A stretch of DNA of 42,356 nt from Balamuthia mandrillaris (lineage: Eukaryota): assembly GCA_031835245.2 (NCBI GenBank), contig JAVKOQ020000110.1:124001-166356 (forward strand), read 5' to 3'. The stretch's first letter is position 1. Each line of letters starts with the position of its first letter. The notes under the pieces were generated by a model that saw only the letters and a list, made by a program, of their open reading frames with translations, was not told the DNA's origin and ran no database searches. The translations under genes and the position numbers were made by a program. Positions 1-11,295 of the stretch are shown piece by piece.

Positions 1-1362
1 ACTTTCGCTGACATCATAAAATATCTCAAAGAAGAGTTTCGTGAGTTTTTGAAGAAGAAGAACCTTCAAGATAAAGACTTGGTCGAAGGCTCGTTTCTCC
101 TCTCTCGCTCTCCTTTTCCTCTCCTCTTTCTCCCTTTCTGTTTCTGTTTGTCTGATTGAAATTCTGGTCATACAACAGTGGTTTCGCTTCAAAAGAAAGC
201 AGCTGATATAAGAAAAACGTTTGAGGAAAGAAGTAACAACCAGTTGTATTTGCCAGATAGAAGAAAGCACGTTACCATGCATGCTCGAGTCTCTTGTGCC
301 ATGTTGGATTATGGTTAGTATTTATTTCCTTCTTCTTATTTTGTTGTTCTCTTTTCTTTACCCTCACTCTCTCTCTCATTTTCGCTCTATTCTCTCCCTC
401 TCTCTCATATAGGAAACATGGAATGGGGCAAACGCCTCCTCATGGACACCATCTTCCCTCTCACCACGCAAGTAACCGACGGCGTCATCTTCCTTCGGGA
501 CAACACCATCGGGAAGCTCTACCTCATCACCCTCTACAAAGAGTTAGAGGACATGTTAAAAGGAGAGATGGCAATTGCAGAGAATGCAGAACTGGCCGAG
601 CAATTAGGCGCTCTCCTCTGCACGCCGTTGGTAAGGGAGCACATGGTTGTTGTGCACGCAGAGATGATGAGCGATGAGGAGTATGTCAAGAAAACCAAAC
701 AGAGAGCGGAGGAAGAAGAGGCCAACAAGAAGAAGAAGCGGAAGATGATTAAAAAGAAGAAGCAAATGAAAATGAAGAAAGAAGATGAGCATAAAAAGAA
801 AGGAACAGATGCAACGAAGAAGACAGGAGCCGAAAGCGAACAACAGAAGACAAATGATAAAAAAGAACAAACGGCAAGCAGCAAAAACAAGACCACAAAG
901 AAGAAAAAGAAGAAGAGACAACGAACCGCATCAAACGTGGAAAACGGAGTAGGGATAGTGGGATACGCTCACACCTCCATCATCTACCTGCGCAAGGGAA
1001 CCTACGCTCGCTCTTTGGCCACTTTTGTGCTCAAGGTGGTGCCCAAGCTCAGGAAGTTAGATGGCTGGAAGGGCGTCATCATCTTCAGCTGCCCCAACAG
1101 CGGCAAAGTGTGGGTGGTCAACTTCTTCACCAGCAAGAAGAGCTTGAAGAGGATGGAGAGAAACGGCTGGGTCCACTTGGTGTGCCGAAAGATTGGGGCC
1201 GCCTTTGCCAGCATTCCTGTGACGGAGGCGGCCCGGGTGGATGGCTTGAAGCTGCCCGCGCGCGTGCCGATCATCACGCGGAAGCTTATCGTGAAGCACA
1301 AGCTGAAGCAGAAAGCAAAGCAAGTGGTTTCTGCTCATCACAAACAACAAGAAGAAAAATAG
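1..1362 (+). CDS. Protein with two ABM-like (dimeric alpha-beta barrel) domains separated by a Lys/Glu-rich linker; 5' end outside the window
   Basis: Exons about <1-88, 179-313 and 413-1362 splice in frame. Repeat 1 reads MHARVSCAMLDYGNMEWGKRLLMDTIFPL..GVIFLRDNTIGKLYLITLYK. Repeat 2 reads YAHTSIIYLRKGTYARSLATFVLKVVPKLRKLDGWKGVIIFSCPNSGKVWVVNFFTS. Both follow the bacterial ABM-like pattern. Confidence 0.6.
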
Positions 1363-1425
1363 TTCAATAGCTGCACTGCCAATAACCTCCTTTTTTTTTT
1401 TCCTGCGTTCTCTCTCTCGTTCTTG

Positions 1426-3704
1426 TTAAACATCAACATTCTCTGCTGACGGGGAGGAGGAAGGAATCGTTTGCAGCTCCAGATCCAACGCATCTTCCCT
1501 GCTGGGTTTGTTTAATTCCTTGTAGCGCGTCTCCCTTTTCTTCTTCCGGTTCAAAAAGAAGCCAAAAAAGAACGGGGCGATGAACGTGTTGAGCAGCAGC
1601 GCCCAAATGGTCACGGAGAAGGTCAGCTCTCCCATGATACCTTTCTCCAATGCTTCCGTTGCCATCAAGAAGCCCAACTCACCTCTTCCCATCTTTTTTT
1701 TTTTTTTTGTTATTTTGCTTAGTTTTAACGAAAGAAAAAGGAGTAAAGGAGAAGGAGAAGGAGAGGGAGAAGGAGAAGGAGAAGGAGAAGGAGAAGGAGA
1801 AGGAGAAGGAGAAGGAGAAGGAGAAGGAGAAGGAGAAGGAAAAGGAGAAGAGAAGGAGAAGGAGAAGGAGAAGGAGAAGGAGAAGGAGAAGGAGAAGAGA
1901 AGGAGAAGGAGAAGGAGAAGGAGAAGGAGAAGGAGAAGGAGAAGGAGAAGGAGAAGGAGAAGGAGAAGGAGAAGGAGAAGGAGAAGGAGAAGGAGAAGGA
2001 GAAGGAGAAGGAGAAGGAGAAGGAGAAGGAGAAGGAGAAAAGGAGAAAGGAGAAGAAGGAGCGAACTAATGCAAAGGCGAGAATAGGTGCATCGGAAAAA
2101 GGTTTGGCCCATATCCCTATAGGTATATCAGACAATAATTTAGCCCAACGGTGAAGAGCAAACAAAAACAGATATGGAGAGAATAGAGCAGAAAGAGCAC
2201 CAGTAGCAAGTTTGGCAAACGCAGAGATGAGGGAGAAGAGCAAGCCCCATCCGATGGCCTCCACGTCAAGCAGACCGTCCACTGGAACCACGAAGCCAAT
2301 CGACACAAAGAAGATGCTTTTCAAAACAAAAAATGTTAACAAGAAGTAGCAAGAACAAAGCACAAACAGAATAACAACTAACCCAGAAAGCCAATACTCC
2401 AAAGGAGGTATTCTCTGATCCCATGCGTTTTTAGCTCCTGTAACTCGACTGAAGCCAAAGCCCGCCACGAAAGCTCCCAACAGGTCGGTCGTTCGAATGA
2501 GACCAGCTATAACGGCTAAGCCCCAGGCTGACACCAATAGGCAAACTAGCAGTTGGTATGATTTGCCATTTTGATCCTCGTTTTCTTGTTCTGTTGCATT
2601 TAGTCCTGATTCTCCTGCTTCCATCGAACAGCTACGTTTCTCGCTTTCGGATGACGGTTCATTCTCGTCACCGTGCTCTGCTTCTCCTTGTTGGTGCGGC
2701 TGTGGTTTTCTGAAGGCTCCAGGATGACAATGCCTCCACAGCCGCCGCCAAAGCAAGGGAAGGAGCCAATAAGCGACACCGCCCACAATAAATAGCAAAA
2801 CGGAAGAAGCAATTGGCGTTCCGATCAGCTCTAGATAGTCTATCACTTCCTGTTGCATGAAGAAGGAAGAGAAGAGAATACAAAGAAGAGAAATGAGAAA
2901 AGAAAAAACGAGAGGAGAGGACGAGAGATGAGGAGAAAGCGAGAGCGTTAAACAATCCTTTGTGAGTTGTGATTGTAATGCGGTAGTTATAGAGAAGGCG
3001 ACTCACCAATGCACTAACATCATCAAGCTGCAATAGGATGGAGAGAAGAACGAGTGCCTGTCGATATAGCGGAAAATAAGTACAGAGGGTTTGGTTTGTG
3101 AAGCGCAAAGAACGGAACACGGAAGAAGAACAGGGCGCGTACCAGAATATCGTCAAGCATGCAGCTAGCAAAGATAAGGGAGCCCAAAGGAGTGTCCATT
3201 TCGTTGGCCTGTTGTAGCAAGCTGATGGCCATGCCCATAGAGGAGGAGGCTAGCGCTATGCCCGAAGCCAAGCTGCGTTGATGGGGCAATGAGGGCGGTG
3301 AGGAAAAAGTACAGGGAGGGAGGAAGGAAGGATGGAGGGACAAGAAAGAACTCGGCTCACCCTTCAACAACCCCAAACCCGAGGGCCAGGCAGAAAACGA
3401 GGCCACAAACTATGGGCAGAAGCGTTCCGGTGAAGGCCGCCGCCACGGCGCGCCAACCCACTTTTTTCAGAGGGCCCAAGTCCATGTGAAGCCCCGCCCC
3501 GGTCACCATCAGCAACAGCCCCAGCATGCCGATGAGCTGAAAGGCCTCCGGGTAGGGCGCGTAGTCCAGCAGCCCGGGACCCAACAGAATGCCCACCAAG
3601 ATCTGCCCCACCAGGCCCGACCGGAACAGAGAGAACACCTCCCCAGCGGCCCACAGCGAAAACAGCAGGACGCCGCCCGCCAGCACGTCCAACGTGGTTA
3701 CCAT
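1426..3704 (-). CDS. CPA2 (Kef/NapA-type) cation/H+ antiporter, multi-exon
   Basis: ATG at 3704 (MVTTLDVLAGG). Motifs: LVGQILVGILLGP, IGMLGLLLMVTGAGLHMD, ALASSSMGMA, LIFASCMLDDI, LLGAFVAG, IFFVSIG and GRGELGF. Many TM segments. Stop at 1426. Confidence 0.88.
1745..2060. repeat. (GAGAAG)n intronic microsatellite of about 300 bp in the antiporter gene
   Basis: Near-perfect hexamer array. It produces the spurious poly-GE/R/L ORFs. Confidence 0.95.
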
Positions 3705-4073
3705 CTTCTTCTTCTTACGATTTATCTTCCCTCCTCCTCGGGTGGCGCTTCCGCTTCTGCTGTCGTGGTTGTGTGTGTGCGGTCGTTGGTGTTGTTGTCT
3801 GGAGTCCAATGGATGATGTTTTTGCTTGCACCACAACCGCAACTCACCTCCATCCCTCCCCCCTCTCTCCTTTTCTTTTTTCTTTTTTCTTTTTATTTTT
3901 TTCTTTTTATTTATTTATTCGTTAATTAAATACCAAAATATTTCGAATGTTTAGCATTCCTCCCACCAGTGTATCGTGTCGCCATGATGTAATTGTGACA
4001 TTCCCATTTCACCTTTTTTTGAGATGTGAAGTTCACATTTATTCCTTTTTTTGATTATTCATTAGAGGCATGA

Positions 4074-4106
4074 CCAATCACAGAGGAGATGCTTTGTTGT
4101 GATTGG
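4074..4106. promoter_or_regulatory. Inverted CCAAT-box pair in the divergent promoter
   Basis: CCAATCACA (4074-4082) and its reverse complement TGTGATTGG (4098-4106) lie between head-to-head genes. Confidence 0.4.
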
Positions 4107-4375
4107 CCCCGTTATTTTTGCAGACTCCCAAAAAGACTCAAGGGACAACAGGATACGCATCCTTCACTGCAAGAGAGCGGAATCGTCCCTTCTTGCATTC
4201 CACGTTTAGCTTTGTTGGCGGCGTTAACCCCTCCCCTCCAAAAAAAACAAGTCATTCTCTTCTGTGAAATAAATAAAGCGGTTTTTTTTTTGTTGGGCAA
4301 AAGTCTCTTGTTTTTTCGTTCTTCTTCTTCTAGTTTGTTCACAACAACAAGAATATCATCCAACATAACATAGCC

Positions 4376-6386
4376 ATGGAAGACGCTGTCGTAAAAGTGA
4401 AGGAAGGGGTTCTAGCCCCGAGGGAGATAACCCGCCTGCTGTCCTTCCTCTCTCGCTTCCCGGCGTTGAGCGGCATTAATGCCGGGGAACAGAGCGACCC
4501 TTCCGCCCCGTGCAAGTGGTACCTCCACACAGCAAACCTCTTTGAGAAACAATTCCTGCAAGCCGCTCAACAGGGTAAGCCTGCTCTTCTGCTGTTGCAG
4601 TGTGTAGCAACATACTTAACGTGGGGCATACACAGGTATAAAACGTTCGTTGGGAATACTCGGTCTCGACTTTGGAGCCAAGCAAGAACAAGAAAACGAT
4701 GACGTTTGGTTCATCTATTGCTTTCAACAATGTAAAGACTTCCTTTCCATTGTGTTGTTCTTCTTCATGATATCGTGTTACTAGCTTTCTTGTTCTTGTT
4801 CTTCTTGTTCTTCTTCTTGTTCTTCTCTTCTTCTGTTCTTCTGTTCTTCTCTTCTTCTTGTTCTTGTGCTTGTTCTTCTTCTTGTTCTTCTTCTTCTTCT
4901 TCTTCTGCTTCTTCTTCTTCTTCTTCTGCTTCTTCTGCTTCTTCTGCTTCCCTCCTCACCCAACACCAAAAACCACAGTTTGTACAGACCCGCTTTCCAT
5001 TCAAGACCTGCAAAACCTGGTGGCGGCGTTGGAGGAGCAAATAAACCGCAGGGGCCTCTTTGACTATTCCCTCCTCATGAACTCCGTGTTGGGCGCCTTG
5101 AAGCAGCTGATGAGGGAGCGAGTGACGCCTTTCACCACCTCCCTGCTTGGCCTCTCCCAGGAGGACAGCCAAAAGTTTTTGGAGGGGCTGGAGCAGGTGC
5201 AAGCCACGCCCACCGTCCCTTCTGGCTTTGATGATACCCTGGAAGACGAGTACGTTGTCTGTCGTCCCTATGCGTTGAACCATTGTGCGCATCGTTGCCT
5301 TACATGTAAACCATAACCACTCTTATAGAACTGGATACGCCACAGCACAAGTCTTCCATGCTCCCAACGTGTTTCATCCCAATCCGAACGCTTTCACCGA
5401 GGTTGGTGCCTTTGTTTTCTCCCGTTTTTTAAATTTCCCTTTGGTTGCTTCCTCTGTTGTTGAAAACGTGTTCTCTCTCTCTCTCTTTTGGCAAAAACAG
5501 AAACATGTGGCGGTGGGAATGGCTCCATTGGGACCACACGTGAAACGCGTCTACGCGCTCTATGAGCTGCAAACGATCTACACTCCGCCACACGAAATCG
5601 TTCATTGCTTGCAAACCTTATTATGGAACCACGTACGTGCCTTTCTTTCTTTTTCGTTTCCTTTCGTTTGTTCTCGTTGACCTATCCTCTTTCTTGTCGC
5701 TCCTTACTCTCGTTGTGTTCTTACCTCATTCTTTTATATCACCTGAACCAATGCAGACAACAAATGGATGGAGAAAGGAATGGGAAGCATCAGTTCCTTC
5801 CCTTGGCATCTTGTACTCTCTTGCTCAAAGCTATCCGTTCCTTTTCCCCGATGGCCTCGCTGAGGAGGCCATTCTGGCCATCTACGACGCCACCGTGTGG
5901 TGCCACCAAAAGGTCTCTCAACAAGTGCAAGAGGGTTACGTCCTCTTCCGAGAGAGCCTTGGCACAAAGTCTCCCATTCTCATATTTGACGAGGCCAAAG
6001 GAGTGACGAAGGAGAGAGGAGGAGAGGAGTCGGGAATAGATGACTTGGATGCTGCCATCACGCAGGATCCAATTGGGAGTTGGTATTGCAAGGCCAGAGC
6101 AGCGGTGGAAGGGTTCGAGCATCACAAGAAGGAGGAGAAAGGATGGCTTCACTCGGTGTTGTGCTTCTTGAGAAAGTTGGAAAGAATGAAAGAAGAAGAG
6201 AATGAGCATGATGGAGAAGGAGAAGGAAAGATGCAAAAGGAAGGCGAGAAGGAGAAGGAGTGTGCATTGGAGAAGGAAAAGCAGGAATTGGGAATAGTGT
6301 ACAGGGATTTGACACATTACATGAAAGGAGACGGCACAGCTGTTAGAGGTGATTATCCTCTTGACTTGGCTGCTCTCTCCTCGTGA
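4376..6386 (+). CDS. Uncharacterised protein with an HExxH...E zincin-like motif, about 5 exons
   Basis: GT-AG splicing (first intron 4575-4978) gives a continuous frame. HEIVH at 5591-5605 is followed after splicing by GWRKEWEA. Stop at 6386. Confidence 0.6.
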
Positions 6387-6522
6387 ACCCGTTGAAGAGG
6401 ACATTGTGAGTTTTTGATGATATGTCGTTATTTTGTGTTTCCGCGGAACAACAGTTTTCTTCTCTTCACCGCTGAACAGCAATGCGTTGGATGCTTAAAG
6501 TTATGTTTCAGCTCTTCATAGG

Positions 6523-6573
<51 letters not shown>

Positions 6574-6620
6574 AATCCAATCAAGAGAAAAAAAATAAAT
6601 AGCTGTGTTTCTTTTCACCT

Positions 6621-7448
6621 CTAGTGCATATCCTCCAGCTGGTACTCTTCGTCCTCCTCCGAGGCTTCATTCTCTTTCTTCTCTTTCCTCGAAGAGGCAG
6701 TGCTGTCTCCAACGAGGGAGCCCGAACGACTCGGACGGATGGCCGTTTGCCACACAACTTCTCCCACCGCAAAAATGCAGTAGGCAAGGCTGTCCAAGAG
6801 GCTGGCAAAGAGGACGCAGTACCAGGCGTACTTGGGCGTCCAATCGTCCAACTGACCCGCAAAGGTATCGTCGTCATCCGTTTCGGTGGAGAAGACGGCG
6901 ATGGGCACGATCCAGCCCAAAGCGGAGAATAAACTACAGAAAAACCAGAAGGGATAGTTAGAGCGTCTCAAAGAATCACTTCGTCGGTCAAAAAAAGAGG
7001 AGCAAAAGATATCGACAGCAAACCTAGCACCGGCAAGAAGAGCAGAAACAGATAATACGTTCATGCACTTGAGCTTGCCAAAAGCCTCCACGCCAATGAC
7101 CAGCAGCACTAAGGCCACAGCGGTCAAGAACATAGAGATGCCCAGCAAAGCTACAGTGGCTCTTCCTGTTCCCACGAAATGGTCTGTGGCATAGCGGGCC
7201 TCGTCGTAGTCGATATAAATAGCTTCTGGATCCTGGAAGTAGTCGCCTATGTCGCCGCTGACGCCCAACCAGCCAAACTCAAAGGTGAGCGTCGCCGCGA
7301 AACCGTTGTCCACAGACGGATAGATCTCGCCTTCGAACCAACTTTCTGTGTTGGCATACATACCGACGAAGTTGAGCAGGAAGGCCGCCACCAAAACTGT
7401 TACCGGGAAAAACGCCAGCAAAGAGGGAAGACGATCATTTCTTGACAT
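6621..7448 (-). CDS. Claudin/PMP22-like four-TM membrane protein
   Basis: MSRNDRLPSLLAFF.. forms TM1. The extracellular loop carries W..FGWLG. Three further TMs follow, plus WTPKYAWY and an acidic tail. One probable 90-nt intron at 6934-7023. Confidence 0.6.
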   Translation of the reverse strand: MSRNDRLPSLLAFFPVTVLVAAFLLNFVGMYANTESWFEGEIYPSVDNGFAATLTFEFGWLGVSGDIGDYFQDPEAIYIDYDEARYATDHFVGTGRATVALLGISMFLTAVALVLLVIGVEAFGKLKCMNVLSVSALLAGARFAVDIFCSSFFDRRSDSLRRSNYPFWFFCSLFSALGWIVPIAVFSTETDDDDTFAGQLDDWTPKYAWYCVLFASLLDSLAYCIFAVGEVVWQTAIRPSRSGSLVGDSTASSRKEKKENEASEEDEEYQLEDMH

Positions 7449-7879
7449 TGCAAAACTTAAAGAATCGAGAAGACTGTTTTTTTTTTTTTCAGCCTCCCTA
7501 GTACACACCCAGCTTTTTGGTTTCTTTTACCTTTTCCCTTTCCCTTCCTTCCTTTCTTTCTACCTCTTTATGTCCCGCAGTTCAGGTCACTTTTTTTTTG
7601 TTCCTGTTTCCTGTTTGGATTCCTTTTCGTAAACCGTTGTTCCTCCAAACGACACCTTTTCCTTATCTTATTAATTAAACTTTTGTCCTTCTCCGCTATA
7701 CATGTTCCTTCTTTTTCGAACAGTCATCTTCCATATCCTTTTCGGGCCATTGGTTTTATAAAATCAATGTATTAGGGTGGCACGAGAACCTTACGATGAA
7801 CCTATTATGTTATGTTTATTGTCGACTATCCATTATTGGAGATAATTGTAGATTGTTGTGAATTATTTATCGTGTCGGT

Positions 7880-9649
7880 TCATTCCGCGGGTAGGATGTT
7901 GTAGTTGGCCTTGAAGAAGTTGTTGGGATCCCAGACGGCCTTCAGCTCCCTCAGCCTCTCCAGGTTGTCGCCGTACATCCTCTCGACTATCCCCTCCTGG
8001 GTGGTGCTCAACCAGTTGCCGTTCACATCGGGGAGGGCGCCCTCCACGTTGCTCAGTGCGGCTGCCGCCTCTCCCAGGCCTGCCTTCAAGGTGGCCACGT
8101 CCGTGACAGGGTTCACGAACAGCGCGGTCATGAACCAGTCCACCTCCAAACCGCGGCCCCAAAAAGCGGTGGCATTTCTGGGCACCTCTGCAATGGCTCC
8201 TCCCCAAAAGTTCATTGCTGTTGAGTGTGTCCAATTGAGGATGCATCAGTATTAGATAATGCAATAAAGAAGAAGAAATAAAAAATAGAGAAGAGAAAAT
8301 AATATTCAAATGAACAACCAGAAGCTCCAGTGGAAAACGGTATGGTGAGGTAGTGCTCAATATAGGTGGAATAGAACTCTGCAGAATCGCGTTGGTTGTT
8401 CCCAGCAATGGTGAAACCCTTTTGGCGGCGCGGGGCAGCGTCCAAGTTCGGCTTTGAGGCAAGCTGTTGTTGAAAGTAAGTAGGTGTGCCTACGGTACTT
8501 GACAACAATCCTAAAACAAAAGTGTCAGCATAAAGCTTTTTTCAAATAAAAGCAAGTGTGGAGTGAGAGCAGTGGAGAGCGTAGAGCGACCTTCAATTTC
8601 CAAAAGAGGGGTAAAGAAAGCTGCCTTCTCTTCAACAGTTCCATCCCCCCAAAGGGCCACCTCCATGGCAAAAGTTTGTGCAGGGGGGGTAGCCGATACT
8701 CGGGCATGAAGGTTGGGGTTATTAGACTGGGATGTAAGCCATTCCACAATAGGCATGGCGGAACTGATGCCAAAGCGGGCAACACCACCGTAGTATGTGC
8801 TGACGTCGTGGGTCCTTACCACAAAGGATACGGCAACACCAAAGTTGGGCAGCGCCCCTCGAACCGCCCAGAAGAGGTCCTCATTTTCGCTCTCGCTTGC
8901 AGTGACCACTTGGCCGGCTGCAGTCACCAGATCCACGGAAACCAGGTTGTCGATGGCCAAGCCGTGAAGACGAGAGAGAGCTCCATAGCCGCCGTGGGCG
9001 ATGAAGCCAGCACCAATGCTGTAACAATTACCACAGACGGCAGCGCGGTTGTAAGGTTGAGTGGCAGCATCGAGGTCCCCGCAAATAGCTCCTCCTTGGA
9101 AGCGAATAGTGTTCTCCTCCTCGTCAACCTTGTAGCAAGCATAGGGGATAAGAGCCAAAGAGCAAGAACAGAGGGAGAAGGGTCAGAGAAAGAGGGGCCA
9201 GAAGGAAAGACAGGAAGGGATAGAGCTACCTCTACAGCCCTCATCAGAGACAGGTCCAACAAGAGCCCGAACGGCGGAATACCCATACCGTTGTGGCCGT
9301 GTCCTCCGCTCTTGACACCAAAGTTCAAGCCCCTTTCCCTTGCAAAGTTCACCGCCTTCACAACGTCCGAGACCTCAGCGGGTTGGACGATCAAGGCAGG
9401 AAAACTGGATCCGTCCAATGCGCTAGTGAAGTACGAAGACAAGATTTGTTGAAACGTGGGGGTCGGCGGAGTGTGCACCTTTGCTCCGGCACTTAAGCTC
9501 TCGGTGAACTCGACCAAAGGATTTGTTTCGCAGGGCTCCGCTGGAGGGCACTCTTGCGCAGGGATTAGACCCGCAAAGTTAAAATTGATTTCGGTTCCGC
9601 CGACCGCCAAGGCAAATGCCAGCACCACCCAGAGTGCCGTCCACTTCAT
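7880..9649 (-). CDS. Secreted FAD-linked oxidase, berberine-bridge-enzyme (VAO/BBE) family, paralog 1
   Basis: Signal peptide MKWTALWVVLAFALA. Motifs: PALIVQP..DVVKAVNFARE, KSGGHG, GNCYSIGAG..HGGYG, DLFWAVRGA..NFGV and C-terminal YGDNLERLRELKAVWDPNNFF. Confidence 0.92.
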
Positions 9650-9958
9650 GCTTAAAGACAGTCGACTTGATGTTTCGCGAGGTCCTCGCTCAAGGAGAAA
9701 AGAGCAAAAGGTTTTGCAATGGAGCGAAGAGGCACCCCAAAAAAAAAAAAAATAGAAAATTATTTTTCTGCGGAGCACCGAATTTCTGTCGACGCAGTTG
9801 ATCTCTGCTGGCCTATTTATGGTAAGTAATCGCCTCTTCAATTGAATTTCCTAAAATAGGTTTTTCCGGTAATATTTTTGATTTTTGATTGGTGGTTTGA
9901 AAACAACTTTTAATAAATGTGAGATCCAATAGAAAATCAAATATTATGATCTGATCTG

Positions 9959-11250
9959 CTACCATGATTCCATCGGCAAAACGTTAAAGTTATGCGAGAA
10001 GAAGTTGTTCGGGTCCCACTCCCTCTTCAGCTCTCTCAACCTCTGCAGGTTCTCCCCGTACACCCTCTCCGCCACTCCCTCCTCTGCCTTGCTCAGCCAG
10101 TTGGTATAGACGTCGGCGGTGGCGCCCTCCACGGCGTGCAGGGCCGCCGCGGCAGCATCCGTGATGGACTTCAAGGCGGCCACGTCGGTGACAGGGTCGA
10201 CGTACATTGCGGTCATGAACCAGTCCCACACCATGCCGCGTCCCCAAAAGGCGGTGGCGTTACGGGGGACATCCGCGATGGCTCCTCCCCACAAGTTCAC
10301 GGCTGCAGATGGAGATATAGTATTAAAAAAGAACACCTAAAGCGTGGAACGGAGGGGCTACCTGATGGAACGAGCGAGTTGGGAATGTTGAGGAAATGCT
10401 CATAAAACGTCTCAAAGAACTCGTCGGTGCCTAGCTCGTTGGAACCTGCAATTGGAAAACCAGTATGCAGGGGCAAGGCAGCGTCGATGAGCGGCGCGTT
10501 GGCTGCCTGGTTATCAAAGTAGGTTGCGTTTCCGACGTTATGGCTCAGCAGTCCTTAAGAGAAAATGAAGTTCAAAGAAACAAAGAATCGACAAACAGCA
10601 GTAAGCCTTTCGCGCCCTAACAGACCCATCCTACTCATGGATACGTACCAGGAATACTCAAGAAAGAAGCAAAGAAGTCGGCCTTCTCCTGTTCCGTTCT
10701 ATCCTCTCCCCAAAGAGCCACTTCCGCGGAAACCAACCGCCCGCCAGGGACCGGCGCATGAACAACAGTAAGTCTAGTATGGAAGTCGAGATCCCCTTGT
10801 CTGTCCCTCACCCATTGCGCCACTTGCGTGAAACTGTCACCCAGGAACGCTGCAGCACCTCCGTAGAAAGTGCTGACGTCGTGGGTCCTCACCACGAACG
10901 ACACAGCAACACCAAAGTTGGGCAGGGCTCCTCGAACCGCCCAAAAGAGATCCTGGTTCTCGGTGTCGCTTGCCGTAACAACCGCTCCTTCATAGGTCAC
11001 GAGGTCGATAGAAACAATGTTGTCGATGGCCAGACCGTGACGACGGGAGAGAGCTCCATAGCCGCCATGAGCGAGGAAGCCCGAGCCAACGGTATAGCAG
11101 TTGCCACACACTGCGGCGCGGTTATAGGTTTCGGTGAAGGCGTCAAGGTCTCCACATATGATACCAGCCTGGAAGCGCAAATGGTTGGTAGAGCTGTCGA
11201 ACTGGAGTGAATGGAGCAGTAATTAGAGAAATGTGGCAAAAGAAACGAAA

Positions 11251-11295
<45 letters not shown>

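Noticed and set aside
1580..2086. Poly-GE/EK/R ORFs on the + strand
   Set aside because: Translations of the intronic (GAGAAG)n microsatellite.
8556..9452. 298-aa + strand ORF
   Set aside because: Antisense shadow of the GC-rich BBE oxidase exons, with no recognisable motifs.
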